64,000 nt of DNA, from positions 156-64,155 of the forward strand of contig DASUUK010000094.1 of assembly GCA_036374135.1 (NCBI GenBank), written 5' to 3'. The position numbers and the translations under genes were made by a program. Position 1 is the stretch's first letter; each line of letters begins with the position of its first letter. Positions 35,873-44,452 of this stretch are shown here, in pieces. Under the pieces are notes generated by a model that did no database searches, was not told the origin of the DNA, and worked only from the letters and a program-made list of their open reading frames with translations. Source of the DNA: Euzebyales bacterium. GTDB lineage: Bacteria; Actinomycetota; Nitriliruptoria; Euzebyales; JAHELV01.

Positions 35873-36706
35873 TCAGGCGAAGCGCGCGAGCAGGTCCTGC
35901 CGCCACGCCTCCGTGCGGCGGATCTCGTTGAAGGTGAACAGATGCCATCCGGCGATTCCCATCTCCGGATCGGAGACGGTCGGCAACAGCCCCTCGACGA
36001 GGTCGTCGGGCGCGTAGCCGCCCACGATCCGCGCGACCGTCGCCCACTGCTTGCGCAGGAAGCGCATCGAGTCGCCGATGCCGACCCGTTTGGAGATGCG
36101 CAACAACCTGGCGAAGTCGACCGCGCCCGGGAGGCCGATGTAGATCGGCAGGCGCGTGCCCCGCGCCCGCACCGCGGCGATCCAGCGTGCCGTCACCGCA
36201 GGGTCGTAGCAGATCTGGGACACGATGTGATCGGCGTACGGCTCCTTGGCGTGCATCATGGTGACGGTCGTGTCGTCCGGGATGAACGCGTGGCTCTCGG
36301 GATAGCCGGTGATCCCGACGCGCAGTGAGTGGCCGATGTCGGCCATCGCCCGCAGCAGGTCCACGGTGCCCTCGAACGGCCCCGCGGGTTCATCCGCGTC
36401 GCCGGCGACGACGAAGATCTCGTCGATCCCCATGTCCGACAGCTGCTGCAGCAGGTCCTTGAGCTCGACCCGGTCGCCGATCAGCCGCGCCGCGATGTGC
36501 GGTACGACCCTGACGCGATGCCGGCGTCGTAGCAGTCCCGCCAACGCGAGGGTCGCGTCGGTCCCCTTCGTGGGCGATGACGTCACCGTGACGACGGCGT
36601 CCTCGGGCAGGTAGGCGAACTGCTCCTCCACCCCCTTCATCGGAATGATCTCGAAGCGGGGTGCGGAGAAGGACTCGTGGACGACCTGGCTGGTGGACCT
36701 TCCCAT
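35873..36706 (-). CDS. metF: Methylenetetrahydrofolate reductase
   Basis: Inner ATG (36704-36706, GGGAG upstream) of ORF 35873..36751. FEIIPMKG...VTVTSSP, IDEIFVVAGD, VGITGYPE, SQICYD, IYIGLPG: MTHFR family blocks. Confidence 0.88.
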   Translation of the reverse strand: MGRSTSQVVHESFSAPRFEIIPMKGVEEQFAYLPEDAVVTVTSSPTKGTDATLALAGLLRRRHRVRVVPHIAARLIGDRVELKDLLQQLSDMGIDEIFVVAGDADEPAGPFEGTVDLLRAMADIGHSLRVGITGYPESHAFIPDDTTVTMMHAKEPYADHIVSQICYDPAVTARWIAAVRARGTRLPIYIGLPGAVDFARLLRISKRVGIGDSMRFLRKQWATVARIVGGYAPDDLVEGLLPTVSDPEMGIAGWHLFTFNEIRRTEAWRQDLLARFA

Positions 36707-36769
36707 GGGCAACTCCCGACCGGGCGGGTGGCCGGCGTGCCTCGTTGCCACCCACCCGGTCCGACGCGA

Positions 36770-37969
36770 TCAGACGATGGCGGCGGCGTCCTGCTTGGGC
36801 TTGTCCTTCTTCGGGTCGACGAACGGCTTCTCGACCACGACGGCGCGGTTTCGGCCGTGCTGGGTCTCGACCACCAGCTCGGTGCCGTAGGGCTCGTAGC
36901 GCACCGGCACCATGGCGTACCCGATGTTGCGCTCCAACGCGGGCGACCAGGTGGCGGACGTGACCTTGCCGACCGTCTCACCGGAGTCGGGGTCGAACAC
37001 GGGGAAGAAGTCGGGCATCGAGCCGTCGCTGAAGAAGCCGACGTGCCCGCCGTCGATCTCGACGCCGACCAGCTTGCGCTTGACGCCCTCGGCCTTGATG
37101 CGCTTCAGCGCCTTCTTGCCGATGAAGTCGGCCTCCTGGTCGAGGTCGACCATCCACGTCTCCTCGAAGCCGTAACCGACCTCGAAGGGGTTGGTGTCGA
37201 AGTCCATGTCGTTGCCCTGCGACAGGAACCCGCCCTCGATGCGCCGGATGTGGCCGGGGCCGACGACCTGGATCTCGTGCGGAGCGCCCGCCTCGAGCAC
37301 GGTGTTCCACAGCTTGATGCCGTCGCGGGTCGCGTCGTGCAGGTAGATCTCGTAGCCGATCTCACCCGAGAACCCCGTCCGCGACACGACGGTGCGCAGG
37401 CCGTCCAGCTCGCGCTCCTCGGCGTGGTAGTAGGGGATCTCGAGGATGCTGTCGCCGAACAGGTCGCGGGCGACCGCGGCGGCGCGCGGACCCTGGATCT
37501 GGACGGGCGCCACGTCGGGCTCGGAGATCTTGACGTTCATGCCGGAGCTGTACGCCAGGCCCTTGCACCACAGCAGGATGTCACTGTCGGCGAGCGACAA
37601 CCAGATCTTGTTCTCCTCGAGCCGCAGGAGGATCGGGTCGTTGAGGATGCCGCCCTCGGGCGACGTGATGAACACGTACTTGCACTGCCCGACCTTGCAC
37701 TTGTTCAGGTCACGAGGCACGAGCATGTTGGCGAAATCGAATGCGTCAGGCCCGGTGATCTCGACCTGTCGCTCGACGCTGACGTCCCACAGGGTGACGC
37801 GGTTGACCAACGCGTCGTACTCGTCGAGCGGATCGCTGTACAGGCGCGGGTGGTACATGCGGTTGTACACGCTGTACAGCTTGACGCCGTGCTCGCGGTG
37901 AGCGTAGTAGTACGGCGTCCGGCGGATCCGCGGGTACAGCAGGATGCCGGGGTTCTCATTGATCGCCAA
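36770..37969 (-). CDS. GcvT-family tetrahydrofolate-dependent aminomethyl/methyl transferase (DmdA/LigM-like demethylase)
   Basis: 399 aa. TTG start with AAGGAGG 7 nt upstream. RIRRTPYYYAHREHGVKLYSVYNRMYHP...LWDVSVERQVEITGPDA...GGILNDPILLRL...SRTGFSGEIGYEIY. GcvT fold without an FAD domain. The N-terminal blocks resemble DMSP demethylase DmdA more than glycine-cleavage T protein. Confidence 0.88.
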   Translation of the reverse strand: MAINENPGILLYPRIRRTPYYYAHREHGVKLYSVYNRMYHPRLYSDPLDEYDALVNRVTLWDVSVERQVEITGPDAFDFANMLVPRDLNKCKVGQCKYVFITSPEGGILNDPILLRLEENKIWLSLADSDILLWCKGLAYSSGMNVKISEPDVAPVQIQGPRAAAVARDLFGDSILEIPYYHAEERELDGLRTVVSRTGFSGEIGYEIYLHDATRDGIKLWNTVLEAGAPHEIQVVGPGHIRRIEGGFLSQGNDMDFDTNPFEVGYGFEETWMVDLDQEADFIGKKALKRIKAEGVKRKLVGVEIDGGHVGFFSDGSMPDFFPVFDPDSGETVGKVTSATWSPALERNIGYAMVPVRYEPYGTELVVETQHGRNRAVVVEKPFVDPKKDKPKQDAAAIV

Positions 37970-38237
37970 CGCGATTCCTCCTTGGGTGGGGACGCGGGGC
38001 GACGGTCGTCATCCTCGCGGTCCCGGTCGTAGCCGATCGACCCGATGTGGTCTGCCGACCTCCGGCCACAGCGTCCCGGTCGCGGGCTGAGGCCAAGGTC
38101 ATCGTGCGCTCCGCCTGCGCCCGCGCGTGCAGGCCCGCCGACCGGCGGGTCCGGATACGCCGCCGAGGGCCGACGATGTCACGCACGCTCCAGGCTCGTC
38201 GTTGCTGTATGCGAAACACGAGAGCTAATGGCGCAAC

Positions 38238-38266
38238 AGTGTGTCCATCGCGGTGGGCCCCGTCAA
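38238..38266 (-). promoter_or_regulatory. Candidate sigma-70-type promoter for the demethylase-metF-fhs operon
   Basis: The minus strand reads TTGACG-17 nt-CACACT in the AT-richer stretch 40-65 nt after the DUF1015 stop. It would give a ~265-nt leader. The -10 element is weak and this is pattern matching only. Confidence 0.3.
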
Positions 38267-38304
38267 GAGCCCGTCTGGGAAATTCGGGGCGTGATCGGGC
38301 AACG

Positions 38305-39528
38305 TCATTCCGTGAGGCGGAGGACCACCCCTGCGCACGTCTTCGGAGAGAAGAGCGTCGACTTCGGAGGCATGACGCTGTCGGCGTCAGCGACCCTCAT
38401 GAGTTCGGCCATGGATGTCGGTCGCAGCATGAATCCGATCGACTGCGTACGCCGGCAGTGCTCGACGACCGCGTCGGCGTCGCCGGCCACGTACGTCAGC
38501 CGGGGGTCCAGGCGTGGTTCGTGGACGCCCAACGCCGGCTCGAGCACCTGGCGCTGGAGCACCGTGACGTCCAGGGCGTCGAGCGGTGCGTCCCCGATGG
38601 CCCCGACGTCGGCCCGCAGGCGGTACCACCCGCCGTCGACCCATGCGAGGAAGGTGTGCGGCGCGGCGGGCACACCTGCCGCCGCGACCGGCTCCACAGC
38701 GATGTGGGACGCGATCATCGCGACGAGTCGCTCCGTCGTCATGCCGTGCGGCCTCGTGACGGCGCGGTGGAAGGGCAGGATGCGCAGTTCGTCGTCGGGG
38801 AACAGTGCGGCGAGGACCCACTGGTCCGGAGCATCGACGTCGGCTCCGGCAGCGCGACCGTCCGCGGCGACACGTGACGCTGCCGCCAGCCGATGGTGCC
38901 CGTCGGTCACGTACAGCCGGTCGATCGTCGCCAACGCGTCCTGCACCTCGCCGATCACCGCGGGATCCGAGGTCGTCCAGATCGCGTGCTCCGTCCCGTC
39001 GTGACTCGTGAAGTCCACATGAGGTCGCATGGCGGTTGCGCGGCGCTGCAGGGCCCGCAGTCTCGCGTCGGCCCGGAACGCCAGCCCCACCGGGCTGGCG
39101 TCCGCCGGCACCGCCTGCTGGAAGGCTGCGAGGCGCTCCTCGCGATCCGCCCGGGTGTGCTCGTGGCGGATGATGCGGCCGTCGTCGTAGTCGCGGATCG
39201 CCACCTCGGCCACCAGACCGGTCTGGATGTGCCCGTCCGGCGTCGTCAGCCGGTACCACGCGAAGCGCGGCCCGGTGCCGGCGTCGAACACATCGCCACG
39301 CAACAGGCGTTCGAGCGCGCGGCGGTTGCGTCGCCGGTCGGGATCGCTGTCGGCCGCGCGCAGCACGTGCAGGAAGCTCAGCGGGTCACGCGCGCGGTGC
39401 GCCCGGGCCCACGCAGGCAGGGTGTCGTACGCGGGGGCGGCGACGCGGGACGCCACCCCAGGGGCGACGACGTGCAGGTGCGCGGGGCGGATGCCGAGCC
39501 GGACCGTCATCCGCGGCGCCTGGGTCAT
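38305..39528 (-). CDS. DUF1015 family protein
   Basis: Inner ATG (39526-39528) of ORF 38305..39618, 407 aa. IRHEHTRADREE, LYVTDGHHR, VMPPKSTLFSPK are the blocks I associate with DUF1015. The ATG shares one base with the serC stop (TGATG). Confidence 0.8.
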   Translation of the reverse strand: MTQAPRMTVRLGIRPAHLHVVAPGVASRVAAPAYDTLPAWARAHRARDPLSFLHVLRAADSDPDRRRNRRALERLLRGDVFDAGTGPRFAWYRLTTPDGHIQTGLVAEVAIRDYDDGRIIRHEHTRADREERLAAFQQAVPADASPVGLAFRADARLRALQRRATAMRPHVDFTSHDGTEHAIWTTSDPAVIGEVQDALATIDRLYVTDGHHRLAAASRVAADGRAAGADVDAPDQWVLAALFPDDELRILPFHRAVTRPHGMTTERLVAMIASHIAVEPVAAAGVPAAPHTFLAWVDGGWYRLRADVGAIGDAPLDALDVTVLQRQVLEPALGVHEPRLDPRLTYVAGDADAVVEHCRRTQSIGFMLRPTSMAELMRVADADSVMPPKSTLFSPKTCAGVVLRLTE

Positions 39529-40616
39529 CAGCCGGCCCGGTTCCGGAAGTCGTGCATGAACTCGGCGAGCGCGTCGGCGCCGGCCTGCGGCATCGCGTTG
39601 TACAGGCTTGCCCTGCACCCACCGACGCTGCGGTGGCCTTTGAGGCCGACGAAGTCACGATCCGCCGCCTCGGCCAGGAACCGCGCTTCGAGGTCGTCGT
39701 CGGGAAGCCGGAACACCACATTGGTGAGGGAGCGGCTCGCGCGGTCGACGGGGCACTCGTACCACCCGTCGCTCTCGTCGATCGCCCGGTAGACGACCCC
39801 GGCGCGGCGCTCCGCGGCCGCGGTCATCGCCTTCAGCCCGCCACCGTCGAGGATCCAGCGCAACACCTTGCCGGTGACCCAGATCGAGAACACGGGAGGG
39901 GTGTTGTACAGCGAGTCCTTCTGGACGTGGATCGCGTACCGCAGGTACGCGCCCTGGTCGTGGCGCATGGAGCCCAGCGTGTCCCGACGGAGGAAGACGA
40001 GCGCCAGGCCGGCCGGTCCGAGGTTCTTCTGCGCGCCGCCGTACACCAGGTCGAAGCGCTCCCAGGGCAGCTCACGTGTCGCGATGTCGCTGGACATGTC
40101 GGCGACGAGGGGGACGCCGACGTCGGGGAACTCGGCGAACCGGATCCCCTCGATCGTCTCGTTGGAGCACACGTGCAGGTAGCGCGTGCCCGCACGCACG
40201 TCGATCTCGTCGGCGGTCGGCATGCGCGTGTAGCGCTCGGGCTCGCCGTCCCAGGCGATGTAGGTCGTACCGTAGGCCTGTGCGTCCGCGAGCGCCTTGC
40301 GCGACCACGACCCTGTGCGCGCAACCGCGGCCGATGCACCGTCGGTCAGCAGGTTGGCGGGCGCCATCGCGAACTGCAGCGTCGCGCCACCCTGCACGAA
40401 CAGCACGTCGAAGTCGTCCGGCAGGGCGAACACCTCGCGGGCCAGCTGCATGGCCTCGGTGTGCACGGCGTCGTAGTGGGCTCCCCGATGGCTCATCTCC
40501 AGCAGCGACATCCCGCTGCCCCGGTAGTCGACCAACTCGTCGCGGACCTGCTCGAGGACCGGCAGCGGAAGCGTCGACGGCCCGGCGCTGAAGTTGTGGA
40601 CGCGGTGGGTGCTCAT
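39528..40616 (-). CDS. serC: Phosphoserine aminotransferase
   Basis: Inner ATG (40614-40616) of ORF 39528..41318, 362 aa. HNFSAGPSTLPLPVLEQV, MSHRG..Y, GGAQKNLGPAGL (PLP Lys), NTPP. The N-terminal 234 codons of the track ORF are shadow sequence. Confidence 0.95.
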   Translation of the reverse strand: MSTHRVHNFSAGPSTLPLPVLEQVRDELVDYRGSGMSLLEMSHRGAHYDAVHTEAMQLAREVFALPDDFDVLFVQGGATLQFAMAPANLLTDGASAAVARTGSWSRKALADAQAYGTTYIAWDGEPERYTRMPTADEIDVRAGTRYLHVCSNETIEGIRFAEFPDVGVPLVADMSSDIATRELPWERFDLVYGGAQKNLGPAGLALVFLRRDTLGSMRHDQGAYLRYAIHVQKDSLYNTPPVFSIWVTGKVLRWILDGGGLKAMTAAAERRAGVVYRAIDESDGWYECPVDRASRSLTNVVFRLPDDDLEARFLAEAADRDFVGLKGHRSVGGCRASLYNAMPQAGADALAEFMHDFRNRAG

Positions 40617-40740
40617 GTCTCGTACCTGTCGCCTCGTGCGCGGTCGATGTGTGGCCGCCAGCGGTGTCCGACGGCCGGTGTGGGCGATCCTGCCGGTCCC
40701 GCGGCCGGTTCGCCACGTCGGTGTGGGATCGCAGGCACGG

Positions 40741-41988
40741 TCAGCCCTCGCTCGCCCGCCGCACGCTCGCGTGCAGCACGCGGTCGATGGCGTTGACCCG
40801 GTCGGCGAGGTCGTCCGGGGTGGCACCGCTGGTGTGGATGGTGGCGACCGCGGCCGTCCGACCGGCGAAGATGGTGTTGTGCATCTGCTCGATGTTGAGC
40901 TCGCAGCCGCGCAGCACGTTGAGCACGTCTGACAGGACGCCGACCTGATCGAGGTGGCGCACCACGAGGGTCGCGTTGCCGACCGGCTGTGACTCGATGT
41001 TGACGCAGTTGCGGATCTCGCCGCGCTCGTAGGCATCGAGCATCGACACGACCTCAGCGGCGATCGCGCGCTGGGCCTGATCCGTGGACGCCCCGATGTG
41101 GTGGGTGCCGTACACGTTCGGGTGCTGGGCGAGCAGCGAGTCGAACGTGCCGGTCGAGGACGGCGGCTCGTCGTTGAACACGTCCAGTCCGGCCCGCAGG
41201 TCCTTGTCCTCGATCGCGTCGAGCAGGGCGTCGTCGTCGACGATCTCGCCCCGCGACGTGTTGATGATCCAGGCGCCCGGCGGGACGTGATCGAGGAGTT
41301 CGGCATCGACCATCCCACGTGTGTCCTCGTTCAGAGGCACGTGGAACGACAGGATCTGGCACGACGACGCCAGAGTCTGCAGGTCATCCACGAACGTGAT
41401 CCCCGCGCGTTCGGCGCGCGCGACGACGTCGGCGGGTCGACCTTCACGCGCGATCGCGTGCACGCGCATCCCGAAGGCCGCCGCCCGCTCGGCGAAGACC
41501 AGGCCGATGTCCCCCAGCCCGACGACGCCGACCGCGCGCCCGTACAGTCCGCCGGCCTGCGAGTAGCGCCTCTTGTCCCACCGGCCGTCCCTGAGGTCGG
41601 CGACGTTGTCGGGGATCCGGCGGTCCAGCGCCGCGACCAGGCCGAACGCCAGTTCGGCCACCGCGATCGCGTTGCGGCCCGGCACGTTGCACACGTAGAT
41701 CCCACGTTCGGCGGCGGCCGCCTTGGCGATCGTGTTGGTCCCCGCGCCGGCGCGGATGATCATGCCCAGCGAGTCGGCGGCGGCCACGGTGTCGGCGGTG
41801 ACCTTCGTGCTGCGGACCACGAGGACGTCCTGGCCCGCGATCGCCGTGGGGAGGTCATCGGACGACAGCCCCGGCTCGAAGGTGCACGCGTGGCCGCGGT
41901 CGCGCACCGCCTGAGCGTGGTCCGGGTGGAACGGGTCCGCGAACAACAGGTGCACGGCGACCTCCGGGCTGTGTGTTGCGTTCAACAC
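40741..41988 (-). CDS. serA: D-3-phosphoglycerate dehydrogenase (with C-terminal ACT domain)
   Basis: 415 aa. GVVGLGDIGLVFAERAAAFGMRV NAD fold, SFHVPL, NTSRGEIVD, HIGAST, ACT-like tail LVVRHLDQVGVLSDVLNVL. The true start may be the GTG at about 41955 (MHLLFADPF). Confidence 0.9.
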   Translation of the reverse strand: MLNATHSPEVAVHLLFADPFHPDHAQAVRDRGHACTFEPGLSSDDLPTAIAGQDVLVVRSTKVTADTVAAADSLGMIIRAGAGTNTIAKAAAAERGIYVCNVPGRNAIAVAELAFGLVAALDRRIPDNVADLRDGRWDKRRYSQAGGLYGRAVGVVGLGDIGLVFAERAAAFGMRVHAIAREGRPADVVARAERAGITFVDDLQTLASSCQILSFHVPLNEDTRGMVDAELLDHVPPGAWIINTSRGEIVDDDALLDAIEDKDLRAGLDVFNDEPPSSTGTFDSLLAQHPNVYGTHHIGASTDQAQRAIAAEVVSMLDAYERGEIRNCVNIESQPVGNATLVVRHLDQVGVLSDVLNVLRGCELNIEQMHNTIFAGRTAAVATIHTSGATPDDLADRVNAIDRVLHASVRRASEG

Positions 41989-42222
41989 AACCGTTGCCGA
42001 TGACGCGACGCATCGTGCCCCGCGGTGACAGCCGGGTCAAGCGTTGTGTCAGCGGTGGTGTCGGCGGTCGTGGGCTGCCCCGTCCAGACAGGGGTTCGTT
42101 CTTGCGTCGTACTCCACGATGCAGTGAACTGGCGCGAGCGTGCCGCAGGCACGCGGACCGCGCCAGCCGTCGCCCGGTGTGACGCGAGGGGCCAATCGAC
42201 ACGTCACAGCAGGAGGCCGATC

Positions 42223-43398
42223 GTGGTAGCGCTGCTGATGCTTGCGGCGGGGTTCGCACTCGGGTTGTTCTTCGGGTGGCTGCTGCACCGCGAGCGGGTC
42301 GAGCGCGCGCTGTACGAGGACGTCGCCCGTCACCGCGACCGGGCGACCGCGGCATTGGCGGAGACCTCGGCCCGGCTCGAGCTGGCGAACAAGGACATGA
42401 TCCGGCTCCGGAGCCAGCTCTCCGACTCCCAGCAACTGCTCGACGAACGGGACGCCACGATCGCCGATCTGCGCACGCGTCGCCCCGAGCGACCGACGGG
42501 CGACGACGAGGACGCGGACGTCGCCGAGGGAGTCACCGGCGGACCGGTCGACGCCGTCGCCGATGCCGCAACCACGCCGTCGGGCGTGACACGGCTCGAC
42601 GACGTCGACCGCACCGACATCACCGAGGAGGTCTCGCTCGCAGCACGCGGCCCGTCGAGGACCGAGTCGGCTGTCGACGCGGACCTCGGCGACGAGAACG
42701 ACCACACGATCGACGTGACGCCCCCCGCGAACGCCCGATCGGCGGGAGGAGTCGATGACGCCGCCTGGGACGAGCCGGTACGGGACGAACCGGCGGCGCA
42801 GGAGGTCGCTGCGCCGGTCGGTGGCGAACCGGCGGACGCCGGACCGGTCGCTGTGGAGCCCGTCGAGGACGAGGCCCCCGACGTCACTGCCGACGAGGCG
42901 GCCACGCCGGACGCCGGCGTCGCCGCTGAGGGCGCCCCCGCCACCGGGGACGCAGCGCCCGTCGACGAACCGGCCGGCGACCGCGAACTGTCGGAGGCTG
43001 GCGCCGATGCCGAGCTCGACCAGCGCGAGATCGGTGAGCCGCTCGTGGTCGACGAGCCTGCGGTCGGGACCGTCGTCGGCGGGGCGCAGGATCAACCGGA
43101 GATCGGTGAGCCGCTCGTGGTCGACGGGTCCACGGAACCGGCGGCCGAGACCACAGCCGCGTCCGAGCCGTCGGCCGGCCCCGACGATCTGCAACGCATC
43201 GCCGGGATCGGCCCCGCGCTCGAGTTGCAGTTGCGCGCCGAGGGCATCACGTCGTACCGCCGGCTGGCGCTGCTCGATGACGACACGATCGCCGACCTGC
43301 AGGCGCGTCGCCCGCAGCTCGTCACGCGGATGCGCCGTGGCGGTTGGGCCGCCCAGGCACGTAGGCTGCACGCCGAGATGCACGGCGAGTCGCTGTGA
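42223..43398 (+). CDS. Membrane-anchored coiled-coil / acidic low-complexity protein with C-terminal helix-hairpin-helix-like (DUF4332-like) motif
   Basis: In-frame GTG 42223 with AGGAGG 7 nt upstream (ORF 42025..43398). TM VVALLMLAAGFALGLFFGWLL, then coiled coil (ELANKDMIRLRSQLSDSQQLLDERDATIADL), then ~230 aa rich in D/E/A/P/V, then DDLQRIAGIGPALELQLRAEGITSYRRLA. Confidence 0.65.
   Translation: MVALLMLAAGFALGLFFGWLLHRERVERALYEDVARHRDRATAALAETSARLELANKDMIRLRSQLSDSQQLLDERDATIADLRTRRPERPTGDDEDADVAEGVTGGPVDAVADAATTPSGVTRLDDVDRTDITEEVSLAARGPSRTESAVDADLGDENDHTIDVTPPANARSAGGVDDAAWDEPVRDEPAAQEVAAPVGGEPADAGPVAVEPVEDEAPDVTADEAATPDAGVAAEGAPATGDAAPVDEPAGDRELSEAGADAELDQREIGEPLVVDEPAVGTVVGGAQDQPEIGEPLVVDGSTEPAAETTAASEPSAGPDDLQRIAGIGPALELQLRAEGITSYRRLALLDDDTIADLQARRPQLVTRMRRGGWAAQARRLHAEMHGESL
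43027..43126 (+). repeat. 28-bp perfect direct repeat (two copies 72 bp apart) inside the coiled-coil protein gene
   Basis: GAGATCGGTGAGCCGCTCGTGGTCGACG occurs at 43027-43054 and 43099-43126. It encodes EIGEPLVVD twice, with an in-frame 24-codon period. Confidence 0.9.
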
Positions 43399-43488
43399 CG
43401 ACGGTCAAGCGCGGACCGAGCGTGCCCCCGGCGTGGTCAGCGGCGGTTCGGTGGTGGATCCGCAACGTCACGTGGACCCGGGCCGGCG

Positions 43489-44316
43489 TCAGTCCATGTA
43501 CTCCGACAGCGGCAGCCGGCGGGCGCCCGCACGTCGCAGCCACTCGTTCAGGTGCTCGACGACGGTGACACCACCGGCCGTGAGCCCACGGTGCATCGCG
43601 CCGCCCAGCTCCATCTGCCAGCCATCCACGCGCCCTCCCGCCTCGGAGACCAGCAGGCTGCCCGCGCTGAAGTCCCAGCGGTGCATCGTGAACTCCGCGT
43701 ACCCGTCCCAGCGCCCGGCCGCCAGCCAGGCCAGGTCGAGCGCGGCCGAACCGAACCGTCGCACGTCGCGGACCGAGCCGATCAGGTCGGCCAGCAACCG
43801 GCCCTGATCCGCACGGGCCGCCGGGTCATACGCGAAGCCGGTGGCGACGAGGGCGTCGGCAGGGTCGTCCACCGTCCTCACCGACAGCGCCTCCCCGTTG
43901 TGATGTGCGCCGGCGCCACGAACCGCGGTGAACACGTCGCCCCGGCTGGGATCGTGGACGACACCCGCGAGCGGGCCTTCCGCGTCCTCGACCGCGATGC
44001 TGACCGACCACTGCGGGATGCCGTAGAGGTAGTTGACCGTCCCGTCGAGCGGGTCGACGACCCAGCGCAGGCCGGTCGAGCCCTCGCGGTCGCCGGTCTG
44101 CTCCTCGCCGAGTTGCCCGTCGTCGGGTCGCGCCGTGCGGATGCGCTCGCTGATGAGGTGTTCGCTCGCCTGGTCGGCGGCCGAGACCGGATCCGTCGCC
44201 GACGTCTTGGTGTCGACCGACAGGCCGCCGCGTTCGGCGTAGGCGCACAGCAGTTGCCCGGCCTGACGCGCCATGTCGGTCGCCAGCGCCAGCAGTTCGG
44301 AGGGATCGTGGTCCAT
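43489..44316 (-). CDS. Inositol monophosphatase family protein (SuhB/HisN-like)
   Basis: Inner ATG of ORF 43489..44526, 275 aa. GEEQTG, WVVDPLDGTVNY, RRFGSAALDLAWLAAGRWDGY, WDFSAGSLLVSEAGG. Confidence 0.85.
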   Translation of the reverse strand: MDHDPSELLALATDMARQAGQLLCAYAERGGLSVDTKTSATDPVSAADQASEHLISERIRTARPDDGQLGEEQTGDREGSTGLRWVVDPLDGTVNYLYGIPQWSVSIAVEDAEGPLAGVVHDPSRGDVFTAVRGAGAHHNGEALSVRTVDDPADALVATGFAYDPAARADQGRLLADLIGSVRDVRRFGSAALDLAWLAAGRWDGYAEFTMHRWDFSAGSLLVSEAGGRVDGWQMELGGAMHRGLTAGGVTVVEHLNEWLRRAGARRLPLSEYMD

Positions 44317-44452
44317 CTCGTTCCTCGTCGTGTCGCCTCGTGAGCACGGCACCCGGACGGCGTGCGGCGTTGCGACGTCCGCGGAGCATTGTCGTGCAGG
44401 TGGCGCCGCTCGTCGGACCATGTGGTGATGGCCGTCCGGGTACGCTGCGCCC

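Noticed and set aside
37970-38304. A known riboswitch class (glycine, ZTP/pfl, THF, SAM-IV, SAH) in the leader of the demethylase-metF-fhs operon.
   Set aside because: I looked on the minus strand for the conserved cores (glycine GGAGAG...CACCG...; ZTP GGGUCG...CCGCCUGGGC; THF and SAM-IV cores) and found none convincingly. It is kept only as an unclassified long leader (see finding); an Infernal scan is needed.
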